NCBI GenBank assembly: GCA_012295275.1
Contig: CM022666.1
Location: 7,998,001 to 8,062,000, forward strand
Source of the DNA: Chrysomallon squamiferum
Lineage: Eukaryota; Animalia; Mollusca
Direction: 5' to 3'
DNA: 64,000 nucleotides
Shown here: positions 41,007-55,354 of the stretch, piece by piece
How the letters are laid out: every line of letters starts with the position of its first letter
Position numbering within the stretch: position 1 is the stretch's first letter
Notes under the pieces: model-generated
Seen by the model: only the letters and a program-made list of their open reading frames with translations
Told to the model about the DNA's origin: nothing
The model's database searches: none
Position numbers and translations under genes: made by a program

Positions 41007-42336
41007 TCAAAATCTACTTGGGGCTGCTGTAGCCATGTACCCACCATAACCTGGTACTGAGTGTGTGTACTGAGAGTCTGCAGTAGAGTGAGATTCAGAA
41101 TGTGTTGAACCAACACTTGGATAACGCTGACGTCTGTGACCTTTCACATGCTGCTGCTGCTGCTGCTGCTGCTGTGTTGTTGTTGTTGCTGGAATTGTTG
41201 CAATACTGGCAGTCCCTGTTTCGCTAACTTTTGTAGAACAGTGAAATGGTATTTGGCTACAAGCTGAAGTTCTTCGAACACTGAAAATTCAAATAAAATA
41301 AAAAACACAGATTCTTTCATATGCATACAAAAGACAAAAAGACAAAACCAAATATTCAAAGATCATAAAAAAGAATTCATTTTTGAAATGTTTGCTCTTT
41401 GAGTAGGAAACAATATTAATATTCTTAATAAAATTAATGACTGTTCAAATTTAGTTACTTTATTTGTATTTATATAACATCTCTCTCTACTTATTTCTCT
41501 TCTCTTTCACTTTGTCACCCTTTGTCCTGCTATTCCACCCATCTGCAGAAATAGTGATTTATTGTTTGTTTCTTTATCTACTTTATAATAATTATCTTTC
41601 AGCAGTATCAGTTTTGTTCATACCTTTTCCAGCAAATGGTTTGTCATCTGGGGTGTGCAGCAGTATTTTCTGCAGACAGCTCAACATGGCTGCAGTTGAC
41701 AGAACTTGTTCCGACAGTGGGAGAGAGGAAAAGAACTCCATATCCACCTCGAATGGGTTCCTGGGGGCTGGATAGGTACTTAGTTTAACAAGTTCAGCAA
41801 TCAAATCCCAGACATTAATATCTAAAACATTTTTTAAAACTGTATCAATCAGAAAAGAAAAACAAACTGACAAAGTTGAAAATGTAAAAAAAAGTTGATT
41901 TTACAGCTCAGTATTAGATCTACAGAAAAGGAGACAATTTCTATTCAAAAATATAAGAAAATAACTGAATGAAATAAAAATACAAAATGAATATATATAT
42001 ATATATATATCGAGAAACAGAGAGAGAGAGGGAGAGAGAGATATGTATGTATGTATGAATGTATTTATAACATATTTATTAAAAGATAAAATTATAATTT
42101 TAAAATTAAAACATCTAATAATTATAATGACACAACACCTTTGATAATTACATTAATTTATAGTAACTTTTTTTTAACAATTGCATTTGTATTTAATAAC
42201 AATCAGTATTTATCTACCAATACTGCTACTATAACATAATTATGTAGCTACTACCACTTTTTCACAACTACATACAATTACTACTGTTAAAACTACATAT
42301 TAAATAATAATAATAATAATACTAATACTAATAATA

Positions 42337-42395
<59 letters not shown>

Positions 42396-42812
42396 TAACA
42401 ATAATAATGTCATTCATTAAAGTACTTACATTAATACCTGATATTATTACAATAATTTTACATTATATTTAATAAAATCAGTATTTACCTTTCATCAAAA
42501 ACAGTAACTAAGACAAAATAATAATAATAATAAAATATAAGTAGTAAAACCAGTGTGTACCTGTATCTTTCCACTTTGCAGTTGACTTAAGTCTGAGAGG
42601 TGAATCTCTTTCCAGTTTTTCGCCAGTCAGTCTAAACAATCGGTCATGGTTTGACCTTACCCATACATAAGGACAGTTATAACGTGCATATCCAGCTATC
42701 AAGAACAGTGTGGACTGGTCACTCTGATAATAATAATTTAAAATAAACTTTATCATATACAATTAGAAAATTAGAATGAGAGGTAGACAGTGAGTAAGTG
42801 AGAGAGAGAGTA

Positions 42813-42892
<80 letters not shown>

Positions 42893-45494
42893 CATTTTTT
42901 TTAAACTGTTTCAATCAGAAGAAGAACAAGCTGACAATGTTGAAAATGTCAAAAAAGTTAATTTTACAGCACAGTATTAGATTTACAGAAAAGGAGACAA
43001 TTTCTGTTTAAAAATATAAGAAAATAACTGAATGAAAATTTAGTTCTTTCTTGTCTTCCTTTAATTTTCATCCTATTTATCATATATGGTATTCTATAAA
43101 GTTATTCAGAATTTTAATGGATTAATAACAATCAAACAGATCCTGTTTTAAAAGTGTATATTTGTATTTATTAAATAGTTGTTTCTTTTTCTTTTATATA
43201 TAACTATATATTTTTAGCTGGCCTCCAGAAATCCAGACCATCTCACATCCTAAGCTTGCCATAAATAGTTTATATAGATATACACAAGAAAGAGAGAGAA
43301 AGAGAAAGATAGACAGACACAGAGTAAGAAGTAGAGAGAAAGAAGTGGGAAGGGAAGAAAAGAAAGAGTGATATATCGAAATGTATAGATATGATTCATT
43401 ATATGTAAATAAATGAGGAAAGAGAAGTAAAGAGAATTAACAGATTTTATTGAGTACAGGAGATGATCACATCTTCTATTAAGTTAATCTATCATTTACA
43501 GTTAACATAATGACATACAATTTCAATGACGGAGAATCTAAATGCTGCCAAAAAGGATGGTCAGCGAGGCAAACACACAAGAATAATGATATATCTTTGA
43601 CGTAAATATGACAGTTTTACCTTCATGTCAGATTCATGATCACTAGGAGAAGCAGGAAGGAGAGCCACACCCTCATCACCATAGCCACTGAGGACCATTT
43701 GTGTTTTACGTGAGAGCAGTAATGAGCGTCTGCAATAAACAAACGGAATGTTTTAATTACATTCTGAATAATAATCAGTATACTCTATCAGTTATTTTGT
43801 TTATTTATTCCAATATATTATTAAAAAAAAAAAAAAAAAAAAAACATTTCTATTTAATGTGAAAAATAAAGATTTTTGGTTTTAAAATGTCTTGATATTA
43901 TGCCTTTTTTTTTACTTATTCTCTGTCAATCTCTTCCATTCTCACTCATTCTATCTTTTTATCTCTACTCTCTCTCATCCTAACTCTCAGTCATTCTTTC
44001 ATTTCCTCTATCCCTCTCTTTCTCTCACTCTGTCGTTGCCTTTATACTCTCTCTTTCATTCTCTGTGTGTCCAAATGTGAACACAAACATTTCTGAAGGT
44101 TTGCATGTTCATAACATTACTTACTTGTCATATGGTAACTTCTGTGAGGTAAAACTTTCACTTTTTCTGTGTTCTTTTAATTTTGGAGACAATGGCTCAT
44201 TGTCTACTGACTGATCTCCCATACTCTGTTAAAGAAATTATAAAAATAATGAAAACAGTTTTGCCTGAGCACTAGCAAATAATAATTTGGAAAAAAAAGA
44301 ATTAAAATTTTTGTTATTTGTTCAAAATTTGTAACTTTTGATGTGTTACATGAATAGGTTTGTGATTAAACAAATATTTATGCATTTTATATTTCTTTTT
44401 TCCCTTTTTTTTTTTTTTTTGACCTTAAAAGTACTGTCTTTATCAAATAAACATACCTGAGGTGAATTTAAAATACTGATAACCATTTCTTCACGGCCAC
44501 GCATGTATGAAGTGAAATACTTAAAACCTTTCACTGTCCCCATTTTCAACATCTCAGAAAGGAAAGATTGCAGTTTCTTCTTCAACAAGGCCTCTTGTTG
44601 CTGCCATAAACAAAAATCATTTATTATGTTTTTCACTTTTGAAATTTATTATTATTATTTTTATTTTTATTTTTTTTTACTAAACAAATGTATTCTAATG
44701 TCATCTTTCAAAAAAAAAAAATAAAAAATAAAAAAAATGCATTTATCACTTAATCAATAAAAATGGTGAATTCCTAAAAGACACCTATTTAGGTCAGATG
44801 TTTTCACTGAATGTATTGCAACTACTTTGACAATCATTTCAGTTACTGTTTTATCAGAAAGATGAACTGCAATTTTAGTCAATACATATTCTGTTACACA
44901 GCTACATTGTAATGAAAATAGTACTGCTGCTTAATATTTCTTGACTAGATTTTATCTCTTTCAGGACTTCTATAAAAATATGAAAAATCTCTTTTGAAGT
45001 ACTCTTATTTGAATAGCACTTGTTTTAATGAATGTCTATGTATAAATCTGAACCATTTACTTTTAATTATATTCAGTAATCTCTGTTCAAGGATTTTGCT
45101 GTGGCCTCATCTCATTAAAAGTAAAGCAGTTTCACAGAATATCTTGGTAACATAACTCAATGTAATATTGGATTATATAAATTTCTTCTTCTATTTCACC
45201 TTCTTTTTATTAATAGTAATATTATTATAATTCTTTTTCTTTCTTTTTTTTTTCTTCAGTTTTTAATATGATTTTTAAACAATAGATATGGTTTAGTTAG
45301 TAACAGTTATAAATATCTGTCCATAAATACTATGACTACAGCTTGTGTACCACAGGCTGAACATCCTAACTATTCACACAAATGATCATATGATCGGTAC
45401 ACATTATTTTTTATTTGTGATAATGAACTAGATGCACATTCAAAGTTAATTAATAACCAGATCTATGGACCAATTAACTTACATTTGCATCCAT
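41007..45494 (-). CDS. Conserved uncharacterised protein (7 coding exons, polyQ tail); apparent frameshift in last exon
   Basis: Minus-strand exons: 45494-45483 (MDAN), 44600-44457 (QQEALLKKKLQSFLSEMLKMGTVKGFKYFTSYMRGREEMV...), 44225-44125, 43729-43621, 42723-42561 (FLIAGYARYNCPYVWVRSNHDRL...), 41821-41624 (VWDLIAELVKLSTYPAPRNPFEVD...) and 41280 onward. All are GT-AG and phase-consistent. The stop is at 41144 as written, or at 41007 if the polyQ frameshift is corrected. It resembles an uncharacterised metazoan family (recalled as zebrafish si:dkey-19b23.7-like; unverified). Confidence 0.85.
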
Positions 45495-45798
45495 ACTAAT
45501 AATGATATGTTTTTTAATTTTATAAATAAATAATCTTATGTATTTCTTCGTTGACGTCTGCTTTGATGTTCGAGACATATAATTACTTCCCTTTAAACAG
45601 AAAGCCGCATTTAGTAGTTGACATTTCTTTTCTTTTAAGATGTACAGTTCCTTCATAGTTAATGATATAATGATATATTAGCATATACATTTTAGCAATT
45701 AGTTAGCAATTAAATGTAACATAAGATTAATATGCTTCCTTTTTTTCCAGCACTTCATCTATAGTTAATATTTGTTAGCTTTATATGTTGTAAGCAAA
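45495..45798. promoter_or_regulatory. Compact bidirectional promoter between the uncharacterised gene and INTS4
   Basis: Only 304 bp separate the divergent ATGs. The interval contains TGACGTC (~45552) and ACTTCC/GCTTCC ETS-like cores, with a YY1-like AAAATGGC over the INTS4 start. Confidence 0.7.
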
Positions 45799-46477
45799 AT
45801 GGCAGCACTTTTGAAGAAACGAGCGCTGGCAGAGTTCAGTTATGTTATACAGGTACAACAGATGATTATTCTCTTTACAAATTAAATTTAAATATTAAAA
45901 ATTAAATATTTCACGTTCAGTGTTTTATTATTAGAGAGAATAACAAAAATAAAAAATAAAAATACACACAAAACTAATAATAATAACAACAACTACAAAT
46001 ATTATAATTATATAAATTATTGTACATGAAATGATGAATAGATTACCAAAAACATTTACCTATGTCATTTATGTCCTGACATTGACAGTGTATTTAATTA
46101 ATGTTTATATAAATAAAAGAATTATTATGTGAAATACATCTTTAACAGATTTAACGAATCTTGCTTTATTAACTAATAGATTTAAAATTAAATTTTTGTT
46201 GTTTATTTTATTTGTTCCTTCTTATTATTATTTAAAAAATTTATTAGGAGGAAATCAGGGCTATAAAATATAAATCTAAATAAAAACATGTGTCAACCTG
46301 ATTAAGTTATGAGAAGTCTATATAATGTTATTTTACACTGTTGCTATTTAAATTAATTGTTCTGTTTACTTTATTTTATTTTATTTTTTGATTTTATCAA
46401 GAGGAATCCATGGCTCTGAAAACAATGTTGTTTTACTTTGCCATTATTTATATTTATTATCCCTTTTTATTTTTTTA

Positions 46478-46518
<41 letters not shown>

Positions 46519-48169
46519 TTTTTTTCCTCAGGAGGAACCCAGACCAGTCAAAAAACTTAGACTTGTTCAAAAACCACCACTTGCCAGAAGTCCACCTCAA
46601 TTTGATAAGTGCAACATCTTCCCATGATGCTCTTCTGTTACTGCTCAAGTTTGAGAACTCTTTGCCTATTGATGTTGATGCAGCCAGTGGGGTACTGGGA
46701 GAGTTGTTGGATCACTACACTAGAGAGAAGGAACCGATTGTTCGATGTAAAATAATTTCTTTACTTGGCGAGCTGTCGAAAATACCAGGTTTTAACACTG
46801 AGCTTGTTATTGATAATTTGATTACTTCAAGCCAAACAGAAAGTAAGTGTTTCAAAGCAGTGTTTTTCAAAAGATAGTGATGGATATTTATTTTTAATTT
46901 TTAATTTTATTTTCTATTATTATTATTATTATTGTTTTTATTGTTTTCTGTCATTTTTTGTAATTTGTAATATTTGGTCAGAATCATTAGAAATATTTGC
47001 TTGAATGAACTGAATTTTTTAGGATAAAGGGCATATATTAATATTTAATAATTTATCAGTAATTGTTCCTTTAATATACATGCAGAGCATACAGCCATGA
47101 AAACTCGTATATAGCACACATGTGAACACAAACAAATATAAATAATTGCAAAATATACCTAAAAAGCATATATGTATATATAATACAGATCTATACTTTG
47201 TTATTGTTACTGTATTATTTCTCTCTCCTGACATTTACAAAAGAGTGTTACTGTCTGAATTGATTTTTAAAGATTTTAAATTTTCACTTCAGCTTCTCAC
47301 AAAGTTTGGAGTCAGTTACTGCACACACTGGGTACTCTTGGACAGTGTCAGTCATTGAACAGTGGTCTGTGTCAGCAGATTGTAGAGGTGGCCAGACAGG
47401 TGAGGTAGATTAATTTGAAAGTGAGGTAAAAAAATAGCATAAGTAAATTTTACTTACTTCAGACTTAATATTTCATTTGTTTCTTATCAAAGTGTACCAG
47501 TATTTTGATGAGTTTTCTTTTCTTTATATTGACTGACTTATTTTCCCATTGTTTATTTTCTCATTTATTTATTTATTTATTTATTTGTTATTTTATATCA
47601 TGATCTAAAACTTAAATATGTATTATATATACTTCCAAATAATATTTTATTTGTAATTTTAATTAATCTTAGCAAATAATTAGATAGAAAATAAAATGAC
47701 AAGCACAATTAAATTGAAGAAGCTACAATTATTATGAATGTGTGTGTGTGTATATATATATCTAGACTATATATATATATATATATATATGTATTTATTT
47801 TCACATTTGTTTATGTATTTGTTTATTTATTTATATAATCAGCATCTGTCTGATCCATGCCATACAGTGAGAAGTGCATGTTTGAATGTTATTGGTTGTC
47901 TTGGATCTGTTGACCATAAACAGCTGAATGGATCTGAAGTGGATCTGCAGAGTCTACTCGCTGATTTTACCTGCGATCAGGATCCACGAGTCCGCACATG
48001 TGCAATCCAAGCCCTGGTAAGATCTGTTTTCAAAATCATTTACTCTACTTACTTGTTTGATAGAAAATCCTTTAGTACATCTTTTATATAAAAATGTACT
48101 CAAATCACTGGAATAAATTAGTTTTATTTTTATGATTCCAGGTTTTCTTCTTCCTATTATTATTATCAG

Positions 48170-48202
<33 letters not shown>

Positions 48203-51200
48203 CATCATCTTATTCTTATTCTTCTTACAGTTTTACTACTAGTATTACAACTTATTACTTCTACTATATTACTATTTCTATTACTGCTACTATTATATTT
48301 CTGTCACTAATACTATTAGTACAACTGCAACTACTATATTACTACTACTACTGCTACTACTGTCACTTCATACATTATTATTGTTGTTTTATTATTTTAT
48401 AATTAATTTTTTGTTTCAGCTTACATTTCATGATCGTGGTATACAGTTAGATATAGGCATTTACCAGCAGGCCTGTTCAGCTTTGAAAGACGATTTTGAA
48501 GATGTTAGACAGAAAGCAATCAAACTGATGTGGGTCTTGAGTCACCTGTATCCAGAAAGGTAAAAAAGTGATTTAAAAACCCCACCAAAAACCCACACAT
48601 ACATGTATTTGCACATACACATTCTACCCAAAGATATATACAGCACATGAACATACAGACATGCAAGCACACACAGACACACAAGACACACAAGTACATA
48701 TAAACACACAGAAACAGAAAATACAAATGGCAGATATACATCTGCTTTTATTGTCATATTAACAATTTTTAATATATATTTTAAAATAAAATCTTATGCT
48801 CTGAGATAATTTTTATTGTTATTTATTTCTTTGTTCATTCATTCTTCTATTACATTTTTCTTTCACTCAGTTTGGTACCAATCCCAGACTCTACAGAAGA
48901 TCTGCGACTCATTGATGACACTTTTGCCAAGATTTGCAACATGGTCAATGACATTTCGGTAAAGGTCAAAGTTCAAGCTGCAAATGTTCTGGTATGTTTT
49001 ACATGTTTTACATATTTTTTTTTAAATTTTTTTTCTGAATTAAAGTTAAGTAATATTTAAATAAAATACTTTTAACTGGAAAAAAATTGGTTAATTTTTG
49101 ACTGGGTTTGTATGTAAATAGCAAAGATTATTAAAGAAACTTTATTTCAATAAAATAATTGTTTTGTTTATTCATTATATTGCCTCCTTACTGTCTAATT
49201 TTTTTATTCATTCATTCCATTTTTATTTATGTTTTGTTTTATTTATTTATTTATTTACATTTTCCTCTTTCTCTCAGGGTTCTCTTCATCTTGTGAGTCC
49301 AAAGTTTCTAGAGCAGACGCTGGACAAGAAGTTAATGTCCAGTTTACGGGTAGGTTTAGATGAGTTTCTGTAAACACAGAATCAGACTATTTTATTATGT
49401 TTTTATTATCTGAAATGAAAAAGGACCCATGGAGTTACCTTACGAAATACATAATTAAAAGAAAGTTCTAAAATATTTGATTAAACTTGTGATCTAGTAA
49501 GAAAAATAAGATCTCTATCATTTCAAATCAGAATTTCCTTCAGATAAATACAAATACCTCGAAGCTTAATGATAAGAATTGTTTACTGAATGACAATGGG
49601 ATATAGCTCGGTGGCAGTCGGTGGTCAGATCAATTCATCTTGGTGGACCAGTTTAGCTGTTCCTCATTCCAGCTGTTCCTCATTCCAGAATTCAGCAACA
49701 AAGGCCATGTTATGTATGATGCTGTCTGTGTATGGAACATACAAAAGATAACTTACTGCTAATCAGAAAGAATAGCCAACAAAGCGACTGCAATTTTGTT
49801 TTGTTTTATTTATTTTCATTTTCATTTTCATTCTTATAACCTGTCACTCACTAATGTTGAATGTGAGTGTATTTGCTATTAAACTTTGTTTTTATTTATA
49901 TTATGCACTAAATAGTTTAGAGTAAATTATAGAAATTGTAGAAATTTCTAAGAATTGCATAATATTTGTCGCTTTATCATCATTGTTTTAAATACAGTTA
50001 AGAAATAATTTAACATAATGTAAATATATATTAATAAATATATAAATAAGGAAAGAAGTGATGATAAATTCAAAAGTTCGCTAAAGAAAGTAAATTAATG
50101 TGAATAAAAGAATGTGAAATTAATAAATAAAATGAAATTGAATGGATGAAAAAAACAAAATTAAATTAAATTTAAAGAAAAAAAAAGAGTTAAAATAAAG
50201 TAAAATCATAAATTATAATTAATTTCAGAGAAAAAAAAGTGCGCACGAACGGGCTCGTGACCTCTATCAGTCAGGTGAATGGTCAACTGGTCAGAAATGG
50301 GCGGACGACGCCCCACGGGAGGAGGTCAACCCTGAGAGTATTAACTTAATGGCTGTCGGGTCCTGTGGAGCTTTTGTACATGGACTGGAAGATGAATTTT
50401 TAGGTAAAAATCTCTATATTTCATTTATTATTATTATTATTGTTATTATTATTATTATTATTATTTTAGTTTACAAATAGTTTTATATAACCTGTGTATG
50501 TTATTTCAATCTACTATTTGTTTTTTTTAAATTAAATGTGTTGTTAATTTTTAAATACATATTTAACTTGTGAAACATTTAGACATGGTTTAAATTGTAT
50601 TTATATCTGAAAGTGTTGTTGCTGATTTTAGTATACAAGTTGTGGAATATTTGTATATGGAATAGAAAATAAATTTAGAGTAAATGAAAAATTCAAATAA
50701 TATCTTGGAAATAAAAAGAATTTCATGAAACCATTTATTCATACTGTGTCAGGTATATTTTAAGCACTTAAGATTAATAAAGAAATATAAAATAAAATTA
50801 TTTATTTTGAAAGTGTGAGTCATGTTTCATATTCATAATCAGAGCTCATCAAGTTTAGTGATAAATATATTCATTAAACTTGCAATATACATATATAATT
50901 TGAAATGTTGTCAAATATTAATTAATTTTGTTTTATTCATTTATTTCCATTGCTAAAACATAGAAAAATAATACTAATAAAATAAAACATAAGATTTAAA
51001 ATTTGTTTTTAAATTACCACGTTTGTTTTAGAGGTTCGAAACGCCACTCTCGACTCACTGTGTGAACTTGCAGCTCAGTCGCAGGTTTTTGCCAACATGT
51101 CGCAGGACAGCATCATCGACATGTTCAACGACGAAATTGACAGCGTGAGACTCAATGCAATAAACAGTCTGAAGAAAATAAGTCAGCACATCGCCATTAG

Positions 51201-51609
51201 ACAAGATCAACTGGAGATTATCCTTGGTGTTTTACAGGTAATTTTTGTCTGTCTGTCTGTATCTTAGTCTGTTTTATGTATTTAATTTTTTAATTAATTT
51301 ATTGTATCTGTTGGTATGTGTATTTATATGCTTGTCTGTGTGTGTGTGTGTGGGGGTTTATGTGTGTGTTTGAGATTGAAGTATGATGTGGGTTTTGGGG
51401 TGTTTTTTATGATCTCTTGTGTAATTGGTACATTTTACTGGAATATTCTTTTTCTATGAGCATAAAATATATTTTTTTGATAATTAAATTAATTAGAATT
51501 ATGTTTAATTTTTAATTTTTATTATTCATATTAGTTATATTTTACTCATGATTCAAATTTCTATTTCTAATTTTTATTAATCTTTATTTACATTATTTTC
51601 ATTCTATTA

Positions 51610-51640
<31 letters not shown>

Positions 51641-54600
51641 TTTATTTTTAATTTTCATTATTATTTTCATTATAATAATAATTAAATTATTATTATTATT
51701 ATTAACCTCAGTATTAAAAATTATTATTATACAGGATTTTTCATTTGAGACTCGTGAGGCTCTACGAGATATGCTTGGTGATATGAAACTGTCGACTAAG
51801 GACTGTTTAAACGACTGCATCACAGCTCTCCTAGTGAACCTCACTCGATACCCACAGGATCGGTCCTCTGTCTGGAAGTAAGTCAGCCACACTGGGCAGT
51901 CACTTTATTCGTACACATTAGATAGCTTTTAAGAATATCTGTACACATTTGGGAAGTGCACTGTACAAAGTATTCATCTGAAGAACTGTACATGAATTCT
52001 CCACTTTGTCTCTAAAGCTGTTGTCCTGTTCTAAACATATCCTATTATAGGCTTATAAGATAGCATATATGTCCTCTCTGGTTTATGGGAAGGTTATTTA
52101 CTTTAGTTTCTTCTTTGTAGTTTTGTGTTTACAGAAAAACATTTTTTTAATATTTTTTTTTTTTTACAGTTATTTATTATTTATTTATTTAAAAGATTCC
52201 TTTGACTTTTAAATTTAATTTTGTATTACAGGTGTACGAGAAATCTAGGTCTCAACCACCCTTCTTTTACCTTGACTTTGGCACCAGAATTTCTGTGTAT
52301 TCATCCGTACTTTAATACACCAGAACCCAACATGGATGACCCAGCTTGTATCCTTACAGCCTGAAGGTCAAGGTTATTGTAACAAAAGTTTGAACCCTTT
52401 TAATGTCATGTTTACATTTAAAAAAAAATGTCCAACTCAAATAAGGAAATAATTATGCCAGGTACATAACTGCTGAAGAAAATGTTGTGAAATAATTATT
52501 ATTATTATTTTTTTTTTTAATCTTTTCATTTTATTAATTTGTTAAAGATATATAAGTAAATATTTACTACCCTTAACAAACTCAGATATTGCTATTCTTT
52601 TGCTGATTTTTAATGCAGCGACAGATTGCCCAACTCTGATTCCACTGTTTCAGGACCATATTGTACGACATTACATGTACCTTCGAAACAGCATCCCTCA
52701 TCTTGTTCCTATTTTAAAGGTATAAACTGTTTTTATTTTGTGATCGTTAATTTTTTACACTGATGTTGTGATAGCTGAATTTTTACATTGATGATGAGAT
52801 AGTTAATTTTTTACATTGATCATGTGATAGTTGACTTTTTACACTGATCATGTGGTAATTCATTTTTTTCACTGATATTGTGATAGTTAATTTTTACACT
52901 GATGATGTGATAATTCATTATTTTTACGCTGATGTTGTGATAGTTAATTTTTTACACTGATGATGTGATAATTCATTATGTTTTCACTAATGTTGTGATA
53001 GTTAATATTTTACACTGATGTACAATCTGGTTTAGGCGTTAGAAACGACTAACATCTGCACAGAGGTTGAAGCTGTAGACTCTGGGATGAAGACTTCAGA
53101 GTTTCTGCGTCAGACTCTGGACAGACTAAACACTTTACATGTGATGGACAACTGCACAGCAGAGCAGCTTCTTAATACTACTGTCAGGTGAGTGTGGTTT
53201 TTTAATCTCTCTTATGGTTGAGGTTGTATGAGGGATCTGTTAGTATGAGTCTGTAAGGGTGTGTGCTTGCTTGTGAGCTTGTGTGTGTGTAAATAAATGT
53301 GTTTGTATATACATTTGTGTGAGTGTAATGTGTTTGTGTGTGCATATATGTGTGGTATGTGTATGTGGTTTGTATATGTGCAGCTGTGATGTGTTTGTGT
53401 GATTAAGTGTATGTATAATGTACAGACTGATTCAGGATTAAATAAATAATCAAAACAACTACTTTGCAGTATTTATTTATTTATTTGCAAGATTACATAT
53501 AATATACATAAATATTTTTAAAATTCCATTGTCATTTCCTGAGGCTTTTGACAATTTCATGTCAAAATATATATATTTGTTGTTGATAATTAATTCTTTA
53601 TTTTTTGTAAATATAACTTGGGTTTTTTATTTCTGAAATGGTCAGACTTACAGGATTCACTTTCATCATTGATGTTTGCAGATAAACAAGCAACAATAAT
53701 TTTTAATGAAAATAATATTTAATACAATGTCATTACAGGTTGAGGAATTGTTATCCAAAATTTCAAATCCAAAACTTTTGCTGAGCAGTAGAAATAACTT
53801 TTTATGCATATACAAACCCTATTTTATACACGAAATTAATAAAATTATTATTTTAAAAATCTGTCAGTCTGTGTAAGCTGTATTTGAAAAATAAATGGAA
53901 TTAATGTTTAGATGTCATTCTATTCTCATGCTATCTCTTTTTATTCCAAAATCCAAAACACCTCTGGTCCCAAGCATATTGGATAAAGGACTCTCAACCT
54001 GTATTAGCATCTCTTTAAAAAAAAAAATTCTCCCTCTTTCAGAGATCTTAAGAGAATTGCTGAGCTGGATTCCAGTGTTTCATCTTCAGCTGAATGTATC
54101 TGTCTGTTTTTACAGAGTCAGCTCATTCTTACACAGGTCAGTCCAGTTAATATGTGCTTTAGTACCTCTGTATTTTGACCCTACAAACTTACTCTCTCTC
54201 TCTTAATGATCTTAATTTTACAACAGTGACAGATTCTGTAGTTTGGGCTTTTTTCTTTAAATAATACCTGTGATTTTTGTCTTAATCCATTCAAAACATA
54301 TGACAGTTTCTGTAAATTTGGTTTTTTTTCTGTTTTTTTTTGTCAGTTGTTTCTCATTGTAAATGTGTTGGTTTTTACTTTTTTTTTTTTTTTTTGACCT
54401 ATACTTTTTTTTTTTTTTTTCAGTTACTTGCTCAGATGAAACATTCTTATGGGGGTTTGACAGCTTCTGACAACATTCTTGCCCCAATAGATAAAGTAAG
54501 TGTCAAAACCTCTGGCTACATTTCTGTTTACAATATCTTATTAATTTATTACTTGTTAAAATTTGATTGCATATTCTGTCCAGAATGTTGTCCCTGCCTT

Positions 54601-55318
54601 TGAGGATATCATTTTATTTTTATTTTTAAAAATGAAAATTGACATCAAAACAGAAAATTGTGTTTATCAGATTCAGTGGATTTGCTCCTTGTTTCTAGTT
54701 GATATTTTTAGTTGTTTTAATAAAAATTAATATTAATGAGGATGTTAAATCTGTAATCCCTTTTCTGAAATCTTTTCTGGGTCTGTATCCATGTTGTGTG
54801 TGTCTTTATGTATGAAAATATGACATTCTGTATTTCATTTAGATATCTATTCCTTTATAAAATAATTATGTTAATGTTGGGACAGACAAAATACTGACAA
54901 ATATTATAAGTTTACTTTTATCATTTAATTTTTTTTTAAATTTTTAAAATGTATTTAATTTTGTCTTTCTTTTATATTTGTATGTGTTTTTATTATTTAA
55001 TTTAATTTAATTATAATTACTTTTTTACTGTTATTACAATTGTTGTTGTTATTGTTATTTTTTTTATTACTACTGCTGTTATTGCTATTACTATTACTAT
55101 TATTATTATTTTTATTATTATTATTAATATTGTCATAATTATCATTATTACTGTTACTGCTTTTTACTATTATTAGATATTATTATTGTTAGTTATTATT
55201 ATTACAGTTACTGTTGCTATTATGATTATTACTATTATTCTATTATTATTACTATTGCTGTTATTATTACTATTATTATTATTATTATTACTACTACTAT
55301 TATTATTATTATTATTAC

Positions 55319-55354
<36 letters not shown>

